From: an uncultured delta proteobacterium
GTDB lineage: Bacteria; Myxococcota_A; Polyangia; Palsa-1104
Assembly: GCA_963785725.1 (NCBI GenBank)
Contig: CAWAWS010000014.1
Location: forward strand, 32,001-96,000
DNA: 64,000 nt
Direction of reading: 5' to 3'
Shown here piece by piece: positions 55,212 through 64,000 of this stretch. Numbering within the stretch: position 1 is the stretch's first letter; each line of letters starts with the position of its first letter. The position numbers and the translations under genes are program-made. Below the pieces are notes generated by a model. It saw nothing but the letters and a program-made list of their open reading frames with translations. It did no database searches and was not told the DNA's origin.

Positions 55212-56428
55212 CGCGCTCGTCTTCCGCGCGCCTCGCCGGAATCGTCGCTGCCGCCGCGCTGTTCGCGGTCGCGCCGCGTGCCGCGTGGGCGCAGATCGCG
55301 CGCGGCTCGACCGTCGTGACGCACACGGCGTGGGCCTCGTGCGCCGGCGACGGCATGGCGCCGCCGCTCGAGCGCGCGGGCGCGGCCGTGCCCTACTCGG
55401 CGCAGCTGTCGGCGTTCGTCGAAGGCTGGGGCGTGCCCTATTCCGGTCGCGACGTGCGGCTCACCGATCTCGACGCCGTCGACGGCAGCAACGTCTACTT
55501 GGCCACCGCGCGCCTCGCCGCCTGCGGACAGCTGCACACCGGCTGGGGCGCGTTCGCGTGGAACTTCGGCTACGAGCCCTACGCGGTCGACGAAGCGGGG
55601 CAGCCCGATCACCGCGAATGGGGACGGCTGACGGCGGCCGAGGTCGGTCTCGCGCCCTTCCGTTGGCTCGTGCTCTCGATCGGCGTGCGTAAAGTCGCCT
55701 TCAGCTTCGGTCACGACGAGCCGGTGGAGATGTTGGAGCTGCCGGTGCGCCCCTATATTTCGCAGTCGGTGGCGCCCGATCGGCGGCTCGGCCTCACCAT
55801 CGACGACGACTTCGGCGTCGCCCACGTCGTCATCGGCCTCTACGAAGGCAACCGCGATCTCTCGATCACCACCCAAGGCGGCTTCCTGTTGGCGGCGCGC
55901 CTCGTCGCCGAGCCGCTCGGTCCCGTCGGCAACACGGTCTCGACGGTGTTCGACCCCGAGTATTGGCGGCCGCGACCGCGCTTCGCCTTCAACGCGTCGA
56001 TCTTGCTGCAATTCGCCGACGGCAACACCACTTACGCGCTGGCGGCCGACGGCGTCTTTCACTGGGGGCCGATCGGCCTCGCGGGCGAGTTCATCTACAG
56101 CTCGGGCACGACCGTGGAGGCGCCGACGCGCTTGGCGCTGCGGCCGGCGCCGCTGCGCGACGGCTTGTACATCGAGGCGGTGGCGATGCTGTGGCGTCCC
56201 TGGATCGAGCTGTCGGCGCGCTACGACTGGATGAACAACGCCGGACAGGCGGGGCAGCAGTTCCACGCCTTCACCGCCGGGGCGACGGTCTATGCGGTGA
56301 AGCAGTATTTGCGGCTGCAAGCGCTCTACACGCACAAGCTGCACTTCGACCTCTTGCCCAATCGCCCCGACATTCAAGACGACGTGCTCCTGTTCGCGGC
56401 GTCGCTGGCGCTCGAGAAGAACTTCTAA
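55181..56428 (+). CDS. Porin-like outer-membrane beta-barrel (start uncertain)
   Basis: Signal peptide ending AWA|Q, beta-strand pattern, terminal Phe. Confidence 0.72.
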   Translation: MDPEGRRQEVARSSSARLAGIVAAAALFAVAPRAAWAQIARGSTVVTHTAWASCAGDGMAPPLERAGAAVPYSAQLSAFVEGWGVPYSGRDVRLTDLDAVDGSNVYLATARLAACGQLHTGWGAFAWNFGYEPYAVDEAGQPDHREWGRLTAAEVGLAPFRWLVLSIGVRKVAFSFGHDEPVEMLELPVRPYISQSVAPDRRLGLTIDDDFGVAHVVIGLYEGNRDLSITTQGGFLLAARLVAEPLGPVGNTVSTVFDPEYWRPRPRFAFNASILLQFADGNTTYALAADGVFHWGPIGLAGEFIYSSGTTVEAPTRLALRPAPLRDGLYIEAVAMLWRPWIELSARYDWMNNAGQAGQQFHAFTAGATVYAVKQYLRLQALYTHKLHFDLLPNRPDIQDDVLLFAASLALEKNF

Positions 56429-56503
56429 CCGCGCGTAAGTGGCCGGCCGCCTAGGGGTCTGATAGCGTAAACGGTCGCGGCCAACCGGCCGAATGAGGAG
56501 GCC

Positions 56504-59089
56504 GTGGGCCACGTCGTCGGCATCGATCTCGGCACCACGAACTCGCTGTGCGCGTGCATGCGCGGCGAGCGGCCCGAGATCATCGTCAACGCGGCCGGGC
56601 AGCGGCTGACGCCGTCGGTGGTCGGGCTCGATCGCGCGGGCCGCTTGCACGTCGGCGAGTCGGCGCGGCATCAGCGGCTGGCGCTGCCGGAGCGGACGGC
56701 GGCCGAGTTCAAGCGGCTCATGGGCTCGACGACGAAGCTGCGGCTCGGCGACCGCGAATACTCGCCCGAGGAGCTGTCGGCGCTCGTGCTGCGGCAGCTC
56801 AAAGAGGACGCCGAGCGCCACTTGGGCGCGCCCGTCACCGAAGCCGTCATCACGGTGCCGGCCTACTTCACCGACGCGCAGCGCCGCGCGACGAAGGAGG
56901 CGGGCGAGCTGGCCGGCTTCGCCGTCGTCGAGCGCATCTTGAACGAGCCGACGGCGGCGGCGCTGGCCTACGGGCTCGATCACCTGGACGCCGAGCAGCT
57001 GGTCCTCGTCTACGACTTGGGCGGCGGCACGTTCGACGTCAGCGTGCTCGAGCTGTTCCAAGGCGTGCTCGACGTCAAGGCGGCGGCCGGGAACAACCAC
57101 CTCGGCGGCGGCGACTTCGATCGCCTCGTCGCCGAGTGGCTGGCGAGCGAGTTCGCGGCGGCGCACGGCGTCGACCTGCGCGGCGATCCGCTGGCGCTCC
57201 TGCGACTTCGCGTCGCCGCCGAGGAGGCGAAGCGCGAGCTGTCGACGCAGCTGTCGACGATCGTGCGCCTGCCGTTCGTGGCCGTGCGCGCGGGCGAGCC
57301 GCTGTCGCTGGAGCTGGAGCTGACGCGCGACCAGCTGGAGCAGCTCATCGGGCCGCTGGTGCGCTCGACGCTGCAGCCGCTGGCGCTGGCGCTGCGCGAC
57401 GCCAAGCTCGATCGCGGCCGCATCAGCGACATCGTGCTCGTCGGCGGCAGCGCGCGCATTCCGCTGGTGCGCCGGCTGCTCGGCGAATACTTCGGCAAGG
57501 AGCCGCGCGCGGGCGTGCATCCCGACGAAGCCATCGCGCTCGGCGCCGCCGTGCAAGCGGGCTTGAAAGCGGGCGCGACGTCGTCTGCCATCTCGGGCGC
57601 GCGCGGCATCATGATCACCGACGTCAGCCCGTTCACGCTCGGCGTCGAGGTCTCGTCGAGCCGCGCCGGCGGCATCTTCTCGCCCATTATCCCGCGCAAC
57701 TCGACGGTGCCGATCGCACGCACCGAGGTCTATTCGACGACCGCCGCCGACCAGCGCGTCGTCGACATCAAGGTCTACCAAGGCGAAGCGCGGCTGACGC
57801 GTGACAACACCTTGCTCGCCAGCTACAGCATCGACGGCATTCCGCCCGCGCCGGCTGGTCACGAGAAGGTCGCCATCACCTTCACCTACGACTTGAACGG
57901 CATCTTGAACGTGCGCACCAAGATCGTGTCGACGGGCAAAGAGGCGCAGCTCGTCGTCCTCGAGCCGGCGCGCGCGATGACGCAGGCGATGGCGCGGCAG
58001 CGGCTGGAGCGCGAGTGGGCGCCGAGCGACCGGGAGGCGGCGCTGCTCGAGGTGGTGCGTCGTCCCCGCCACTTCGACGCGCATTATCGGCTGGCCGAGG
58101 CGCACTTCGCGGCCGGCGACGACGCGGCGGCAATCGCAGCCGTGACGACGGCGCTGGCGCTCGGCGGCGACGGCGACGGCAACGCGCGGCGGCTCCTGGC
58201 GCGCGCCTACGATCGCGCCGGTCGCGCCGACGACGCCGAGCGCACGCTGCGCCAGCTCGTCGCCGGCGCGCCCGAAGACGCGGCGGCGCGCGACGACTTG
58301 GCGACGCACTTCGTGACCCGCGGCCGGCTCGACGACGCGCTGGTGCAGTTGGAAGAGGCGGCGCGGCTGGCGCCTGGCGACCCGCGCTGGCGGCGCCAGC
58401 TCGCCGAGCTCTACCGTCGCCAGCGTCTGCTGCCGCAAGCGCGCGCGGCGCTGGCCGCGGCGTTGACGTTGGCGCCCGACGACGCCGCCGTCGCGGCCGA
58501 GCTGCGCGCGTTCGTGCGCGAGGGCGCGGCCGACCCGACCGACGTCGCGCCGGCAATCGGCAAGCTGGGCGTGCTCGGCTGGAGCGCGGTCGGCGGCGCC
58601 GTGTCGCCGCTCGAAGCCGTAGCCGTCGCCGGTCGCGGCCAGCTCGTGTGCAGCGGCAACTTGGGCGCGCTCGGTCGCGAAGCGGCGATGGTGGCGTTCT
58701 CGTGCTTGAAGCTGCTGGCGTCGACGTGGCAGCTGGACGCGCGCATCGCCACGCATGACCTGCACTTGCACTTCGGCGACAGCGACATCGGCAAAGATGG
58801 TCCGTCGGCGGGCTTGGCGCTGTGGTTGGCGGCGGCGTCGGCGCTCATGCAGCGGCCGCTGCGGGCGCAGCTGGCGGCGACGGGCGAGCTGACGCTGCAC
58901 GGCGACGTCAAAGCGGTCGGCGGCGTGCACGAAAAGCTGGTCGCGGCGCGGCTGGCGGGTGTGCGCACGGTGCTGATGCCGCGGCGCAACGCCAACGCGC
59001 TCGGGAAGCTGCCGGCGGAAGTGACGGCCAAGCTCCAGATCGTGCTCGTCGACTCGGTCACGGAGGCGCTGGCGCACGCGCTGGCGTGA
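56504..59089 (+). CDS. Hsp70-TPR-Lon protease (S16) fusion protein
   Basis: Hsp70 motifs GIDLGTTNS, TVPAYF, EPTAAA, DLGGGTFD, VGGSARIP and DLNGIL; TPR-like helices; Lon motifs DLHLH, KDGPSAG, TGELTL, VGGVHEK. Confidence 0.93.
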   Translation: MGHVVGIDLGTTNSLCACMRGERPEIIVNAAGQRLTPSVVGLDRAGRLHVGESARHQRLALPERTAAEFKRLMGSTTKLRLGDREYSPEELSALVLRQLKEDAERHLGAPVTEAVITVPAYFTDAQRRATKEAGELAGFAVVERILNEPTAAALAYGLDHLDAEQLVLVYDLGGGTFDVSVLELFQGVLDVKAAAGNNHLGGGDFDRLVAEWLASEFAAAHGVDLRGDPLALLRLRVAAEEAKRELSTQLSTIVRLPFVAVRAGEPLSLELELTRDQLEQLIGPLVRSTLQPLALALRDAKLDRGRISDIVLVGGSARIPLVRRLLGEYFGKEPRAGVHPDEAIALGAAVQAGLKAGATSSAISGARGIMITDVSPFTLGVEVSSSRAGGIFSPIIPRNSTVPIARTEVYSTTAADQRVVDIKVYQGEARLTRDNTLLASYSIDGIPPAPAGHEKVAITFTYDLNGILNVRTKIVSTGKEAQLVVLEPARAMTQAMARQRLEREWAPSDREAALLEVVRRPRHFDAHYRLAEAHFAAGDDAAAIAAVTTALALGGDGDGNARRLLARAYDRAGRADDAERTLRQLVAGAPEDAAARDDLATHFVTRGRLDDALVQLEEAARLAPGDPRWRRQLAELYRRQRLLPQARAALAAALTLAPDDAAVAAELRAFVREGAADPTDVAPAIGKLGVLGWSAVGGAVSPLEAVAVAGRGQLVCSGNLGALGREAAMVAFSCLKLLASTWQLDARIATHDLHLHFGDSDIGKDGPSAGLALWLAAASALMQRPLRAQLAATGELTLHGDVKAVGGVHEKLVAARLAGVRTVLMPRRNANALGKLPAEVTAKLQIVLVDSVTEALAHALA

Positions 59090-59101
59090 CGGCGCGACGC
59101 G

Positions 59102-61438
59102 ATGGCCGATCCGACGAGCTTCTACCAGATCTTGGGCGTGGCGCGCGACGCCGACGAGCGGGCGATCAAGACCGCCTACTTCACGCTGGTGCGCAAGCAT
59201 CCGCCGGAGACGCACGCCGTCGAGTTTCAGCGGCTGCGCGAGGCCTACGAGATCTTGTCCAACCCCGAGTCGCGCGCCGAATACGACGCCGTGCCGCAAT
59301 ACGACGCGCATGGCGCGCACGTCGCGGCCAAGCTGCAGGCGGCGACCGAGGCCATCGACGGCGGCGACTGGCCGCGCGCGCAGGCCGAGCTGACCGCCGT
59401 GCTCGACGAGAAGCCCGATCTGCACTTCGCGCGCGATCTATTGGGCATGGCGTTCTTGAACGCGCATCGGCCGGCGGACGCGATGCGCGAGTTCGCCCGC
59501 TTGACCAGCGAGCAGCCACACCATGCCGCCTATCGGCTGCATCAGGGTTACGCGCACTACGCGCAGAATCAGTATCCGCCGGCGCTCGACTGTTATCGCC
59601 AAGCGAGCGCGCTCGATCCGAGCGACGCGCGCGCGCTCGTCGCCAGCGCCGACTGTCTGGTGGCGCTCAAGCAGTACGAGCCGGCGCTGGCGGAGCTCGA
59701 TCGCGCCATCGCGCTCGATGTCACCGTCGATCTGCAGGACTTCGTGTTCCTCATGCGGCGCGTGCAGATTCAGCTCCTGCGCGGCCGCACCGACTTGGCC
59801 GACGCCGAGCTCGACCGCATCGCCGGCGCGCTGCCCGACGACGCCGAGACGCGGAAGTATGTCGCCACGCGGCTGGCCTCGCTGGCGTCGGATCTGTTCG
59901 CGCTCAAGCGCTCCGCCGACGCCAATCGCCTGCTGGCGCGCTGTCGGACGCTCGATCCGTCGCGTAAATCGATGGCCTACACGTTTCCGGCGCGCACGCG
60001 GCTCGGCATCGCGGCGCTGCCGCCGTCGTCGCGCGATTGGCTCGCCGAGCAGGCGCACACGCGGTCGCGCGGCCTATTGCGACAGAATGCCAAGGTCGCG
60101 CCGATCGTCTGGCTCGTCGTCGCGCTCGGGCTGCAGCTGCTGGCGCTGTCGTCGGCGTTCGACGGCGGCGAAGTGTGGAGCTGGCCGCGCAGCCTGGCGA
60201 TGCTGGCGCTGTTGCTGACGGCGCCGCTCGTGCTCGCGTGGTCGATCCGCCGGCTCGTGCACGTCATGCGCAGTCCTTACGGGCGCTATACGATCGTGCA
60301 TCCCTGTCACGTGCTGCAGGTCGACATCGACGACGTCACCGTGTGGCCGCTGGTGAATCTGCACGACGTGGCGCTGACCCATCAGACGTCGAACGGCAGC
60401 TATTCGCACACGCTTTGTAAGCTGAATTTCGCAGGCGCCAGCTGTCAGATCGTCGTGCGCGGGCAACAGCAGGCGATCGATTGGGCCGATGTCGTGCTCG
60501 AGCAGCGCCGCAAAGTGCTCGACCTGCTCGGCATGGGCCTGTTGGAAGCGGAGGAGGGGTTCGACATCGTGCCGCCGGCGCTGCTGCAGCCGTCGCCGCC
60601 GCACGCGTCGTCGCGGCCGGCCGGGCGTGAAGCCGCGCTCGCGTATGCGCTCGCCGTCGTCCTCGGCGCGGCGACGTTCGCGCTGGCGCTGAAGGTCAAC
60701 GGCGGCGCGCCCGAGCGGCAGGCGTGGCGCACCGTCGCCGACAGCGGCAACGCGGCGCGGCTGCGCGGCTACCTCGAGGCCTATCCCGACGGGCCGCACG
60801 GCGACGCGGCGCGCGCGGCGCTGCGTGCGGTCTACGCGCGGACGATCGTTCGGCTGCGCGAGTCGGCGCCGGGCCGGACGACGCTCGGCGGCGCGCTCGT
60901 CGCGGCGCTGGAGACGCTGGCGCGGCACGAGGGCGCGCCGGTGCGGCTCGTCGTCACGCCGACGATCGCGCTCGCCGGCGCCACGCAGCCGGGGCTGGTC
61001 GCGCCGGCGGCGGCGTTCGGCGACGCGGCGCTGCGCAATCGCGCGCTCATGCTGCGCGGCCGGCTGCGCGCGCTCTTGGCGGAGGTCGTCGGGCCGGGCA
61101 CGATCGAGCTCGGCCACGATGACGGAGACGACCGCCAGGGCGCGCCGCTGACGTTCGCGCTCGACTATGGCGTGCGGCCGACGGACGCGCTCTATCACAC
61201 GAAGTCGGGGCTGCCGCGGAGCTTCTGCGGGCTCGAATTCGCGTTCACGCTGACGATGACGGACGATCGCGGACGCGAGATCTACCGCCTGCAGCAGACG
61301 TCGCGGCAGTCGGTTACGGATGTCACGCGGCTGCCGGCGGTCGCCGAGGACGATCTGCTCGTCTACGACCGCATGATGCAAGCGGCGTTCGTCGAGCTGC
61401 TCGATCGGCTGCGCGTCGAGCTGCAGCTCCCGCGCTGA
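59102..61438 (+). CDS. Membrane-anchored J-domain + TPR protein with a non-canonical J motif
   Basis: FYQILGV...IKTAYFTLVRKHPPE...FQRLREAYEILS...RAEYD; TPRs; three hydrophobic helices. Confidence 0.88.
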   Translation: MADPTSFYQILGVARDADERAIKTAYFTLVRKHPPETHAVEFQRLREAYEILSNPESRAEYDAVPQYDAHGAHVAAKLQAATEAIDGGDWPRAQAELTAVLDEKPDLHFARDLLGMAFLNAHRPADAMREFARLTSEQPHHAAYRLHQGYAHYAQNQYPPALDCYRQASALDPSDARALVASADCLVALKQYEPALAELDRAIALDVTVDLQDFVFLMRRVQIQLLRGRTDLADAELDRIAGALPDDAETRKYVATRLASLASDLFALKRSADANRLLARCRTLDPSRKSMAYTFPARTRLGIAALPPSSRDWLAEQAHTRSRGLLRQNAKVAPIVWLVVALGLQLLALSSAFDGGEVWSWPRSLAMLALLLTAPLVLAWSIRRLVHVMRSPYGRYTIVHPCHVLQVDIDDVTVWPLVNLHDVALTHQTSNGSYSHTLCKLNFAGASCQIVVRGQQQAIDWADVVLEQRRKVLDLLGMGLLEAEEGFDIVPPALLQPSPPHASSRPAGREAALAYALAVVLGAATFALALKVNGGAPERQAWRTVADSGNAARLRGYLEAYPDGPHGDAARAALRAVYARTIVRLRESAPGRTTLGGALVAALETLARHEGAPVRLVVTPTIALAGATQPGLVAPAAAFGDAALRNRALMLRGRLRALLAEVVGPGTIELGHDDGDDRQGAPLTFALDYGVRPTDALYHTKSGLPRSFCGLEFAFTLTMTDDRGREIYRLQQTSRQSVTDVTRLPAVAEDDLLVYDRMMQAAFVELLDRLRVELQLPR

Positions 61439-61450
61439 ACGAGCCGCCTT

Positions 61451-61627
61451 CTACTCGCGCGGCGTCGCGAACTTGAGCGTCGGCGGGGATTGCGAGTCGA
61501 AGTTGGCTTCGATCGACTCGACCGAGATCACCGTCGTGCCTTCGCACTGCGGGCAATCCTCGATCCCATCCGTCGTCGCGGGCCGGGGCGGCTCGAACAG
61601 GAAGCGGCATTTCGTGCATCGCTCCAT
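61451..61627 (-). CDS. 58-aa CxxC...CxxC zinc-ribbon microprotein
   Basis: MERCTKC...DCPQC; fills the intergenic gap; too short to appear as its own entry in the ORF track. Confidence 0.6.
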   Translation of the reverse strand: MERCTKCRFLFEPPRPATTDGIEDCPQCEGTTVISVESIEANFDSQSPPTLKFATPRE

Positions 61628-61695
61628 AGTGACGAAATAGACACGAGGAGCATCGCGACAAGGCGCCGATGTAAGTGTGACGAAGCGGGGAATGC

Positions 61696-62871
61696 CTAGG
61701 CGTCGGCGCGGGCGAGGGCTTGCTGCAGGTCGCCGATGAGATCGTCGACGTGCTCGATGCCGACGCTGATGCGCACGAGGCCGTCGCTGATGCCGAGCTT
61801 CTGGCGGTTCGCGGGCGGGATCGACGCGTGCGTCATGATCGCCGGATGCTCGATGAGCGACTCGACGCCGCCCAGCGACTCGGCGCAGGCGAAGATCTGC
61901 GTCGAGCGCAGCATCGTGCGCGCGCGCTCGAGCGCCGACTGCTTGCCGTCCTTGAGCACGAACGTGATCATGCCGCCGGGGCCGCGCATCTGCTTCTGCG
62001 CCAGCGCGAACTGCGGATGCGACTCGAGGCCGGGATAGATGATCTTGGCCACCGCCTCGTGGCCCTGCAGCCAATTGGCGACCTTCTGCGCGTTGGCGAC
62101 GTGACGTTCCATGCGCACGTGCAGCGTCTTGGTACCGCGCAGTACCATGAAGCAGTCCATCGGCCCGGGCACGGCGCCGATGGCGTTCTGCAGGAACGAC
62201 AGGCGCTCGTAGACTTCGTCGTCGCGCGTGAGCACGGCGCCGCCGACGACATCGGCGTGGCCGTTCAGATATTTCGTCGTCGAGTGCACGACCATGGTCG
62301 CGCCCAGATCCAACGGACGCTGCAGCATCGGCGTCAGGAACGTGTTGTCGACGGCCAGCCAGACTTTGTGCTTCTTGCAGACTTCGGCGACGGCGGCGAT
62401 GTCGCACAGCTTCAACAGCGGATTCGTCGGCGTCTCGACCCAGACGAGCTTCGTCGTCGGCCGCATCGCCTGCGCGAAGGCGTTGGGATCGGTCGGGTCG
62501 ACGTAGCTGACCTCGATGCCCATCTGCTTCATGACGCGCTCGAAGATGCGATACGTGCCGCCGTACAAATCGTCACCGGCGACGACGTGATCGCCGGCGC
62601 GCAGCATGTGGAAGATGGTGGTCGTCGCGGCGCAGCCCGAGGAAAAGGCGAGGCCGTAGCGCGCGCCTTCGAGCGCGGCCAGGTTGCCTTCGAGCGCCTG
62701 GCGCGTCGGGTTTTGCGTGCGCGAGTATTCGTAGCCTTTGTGCTCGCCGGGACCGGCCTGCACGTAGGTCGACGTCATGTAAACCGGCGTCGAGATCGCG
62801 CCCGTCGTCGGATCGGGCGCCTGACCGGCGTGGATGGCGAGCGTCTCTAAGTGCGTCGACTTGGTGTTCAT
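61696..62871 (-). CDS. Cystathionine gamma-lyase/synthase
   Basis: YSRTQNPT, ETPTNP, DNTF, HSTTKY (PLP Lys), AESLGG. Confidence 0.93.
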   Translation of the reverse strand: MNTKSTHLETLAIHAGQAPDPTTGAISTPVYMTSTYVQAGPGEHKGYEYSRTQNPTRQALEGNLAALEGARYGLAFSSGCAATTTIFHMLRAGDHVVAGDDLYGGTYRIFERVMKQMGIEVSYVDPTDPNAFAQAMRPTTKLVWVETPTNPLLKLCDIAAVAEVCKKHKVWLAVDNTFLTPMLQRPLDLGATMVVHSTTKYLNGHADVVGGAVLTRDDEVYERLSFLQNAIGAVPGPMDCFMVLRGTKTLHVRMERHVANAQKVANWLQGHEAVAKIIYPGLESHPQFALAQKQMRGPGGMITFVLKDGKQSALERARTMLRSTQIFACAESLGGVESLIEHPAIMTHASIPPANRQKLGISDGLVRISVGIEHVDDLIGDLQQALARADA

Positions 62872-62886
62872 CGCTGATTCCTAGTG

Positions 62887-64000
62887 TTAGGCGCGCTTCG
62901 ACGCCAGGTATTCGATCAGATCGATCTTCGTGATGACGCCGACCATCTCGTCGCGCTCGAGCACGCAGACCAGCTTGGCGTCGTTGAAGATGTTGCGCAG
63001 CAAGCGAATCTTCGTCTGCGGTGTGACGGTCGCGTAGTCGGCTTCGACCAATTCGTCGACGGGCACATCCATCGAGCCCGGGTTCTTCAGCAGATAATTC
63101 AGCAGATCGATCTCGCTGACGAGGCCGGCCAAGCGACCGTTGTCGTCGAGCACCGGGACTTGCGAGATGCCGTGCTCTTTCATGAGCACGATGACCTGGC
63201 GCAGCGTGTCGCCGCGCTTGGCGCCGATGATGGCGCGCTGGCGCTGCTTGTGCGCGAGCAGATCGCGGACGGTGCCGAGCGGATCTTCCTCGTCGAGGAA
63301 GCCGTTGGAGCGCATCCACTCGTCGTCGAAGATCTTCGACAGGTACTTCTGCGCCGAGTCGGGCAAAAGGACGACGATGTTCTTCTTCTCGTCGCCGAGC
63401 TGCTCGGCGTATTTGATGGCGCCGGCGACGGCGGCGCCCGACGAGCCGCCGCAGAAGATGCCTTCTTGGCGCACGATCTCGCGCGTCATCAAGAAGCACT
63501 CTTTGTCATCGACGCGCATGATGCTGTCGACGATGCCGAGGTTCATCGTGCCGGGCAAAAAGTCCTCGCCGATGCCTTCGACGTAGTACGAGAACGGCTT
63601 CGTCATGCGGCCGGTCTTGACGTACTCGTAATAGAGCGAGCCGATGGGATCGATGCCGACGCACTGAAAGCCGGGCTTCTTCTCCTTGAAGAACTTGCCG
63701 CAGCCGGAGATGGTGCCGCCGGTGCCCATGCCGGCGACGAAGACGTCGATCTCGCCGCCGGTCTGCTCCCACATCTCCGGCGCGGTCGAGACGTAGTGCG
63801 CCTCGGGATTGGCCGGGTTGTAATATTGGTTCGAGTGGAAGCTGTTGGGCGTCTCTTTGACGAGGCGCTTGGTGACTTCGTAGTAGCTGCGCGGATCTTC
63901 GGGCTCGACGGCGGTCGGGCAGATGACGACCTTGGCGCCGAACGCGCGCAACGACGCGATCTTCTCGACCGACATCTTGTCGGGCATGACGAAGATGCAC
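62887..64000 (-). CDS. Cystathionine beta-synthase with C-terminal CBS domains (5' end outside the window)
   Basis: GMGTGGT, VEGIG, GGSSG, LPDS..KYLSK, CBS pair. Confidence 0.92.
   Translation of the reverse strand, partial: CIFVMPDKMSVEKIASLRAFGAKVVICPTAVEPEDPRSYYEVTKRLVKETPNSFHSNQYYNPANPEAHYVSTAPEMWEQTGGEIDVFVAGMGTGGTISGCGKFFKEKKPGFQCVGIDPIGSLYYEYVKTGRMTKPFSYYVEGIGEDFLPGTMNLGIVDSIMRVDDKECFLMTREIVRQEGIFCGGSSGAAVAGAIKYAEQLGDEKKNIVVLLPDSAQKYLSKIFDDEWMRSNGFLDEEDPLGTVRDLLAHKQRQRAIIGAKRGDTLRQVIVLMKEHGISQVPVLDDNGRLAGLVSEIDLLNYLLKNPGSMDVPVDELVEADYATVTPQTKIRLLRNIFNDAKLVCVLERDEMVGVITKIDLIEYLASKRA

Noticed and set aside
55109..59425. 1438-aa antisense ORF and other long Arg/Ala-rich overlapping ORFs
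   Set aside because: Shadow frames of high-GC genes; long antisense ORFs opposite Hsp70 genes are a known codon-bias effect

Overview
High-GC chromosomal window whose gene content points to a myxobacterium (Myxococcota, probably Polyangia; inferred, not searched). About 60 genes and no tRNA, rRNA, CRISPR array or intact transposase/integrase were seen. In order: a bufferin-type RiPP locus (Cys-rich precursor, DUF692/MNIO, DUF2063 partner); an NrtR-pncA-pncB-nadE NAD-salvage locus; secreted peptidases; a truncated Clp ATPase with a membrane nuclease-fold gene; a patchy accessory region ending in radC; an ECF/anti-sigma pair; a LeuA-like/thiolase/fused LeuDC cluster; a pilin-DUF2723 operon; a sigma54 regulator with gshB; adenosine deaminase; a Cys-tailed ECF and porin; and cystathionine beta-synthase/gamma-lyase. 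Two signals stand out. (1) A two-gene system at 56504-61438: an Hsp70 fused through TPRs to a Lon protease domain with an intact Ser-Lys dyad and no AAA+ module, followed by a membrane-anchored J-domain/TPR protein with a non-canonical HPD motif. (2) At least seven GT-N7-AC NrtR-type operators spread over 5.3 kb, four of them written into coding sequence with rare AT-rich codons, two of those inside the neighbouring MNIO genes. Frameshifts in nadE, the thiolase and the sigma54 regulator look like long-read indel errors. All calls come from motif recognition by eye; no database searches were run.
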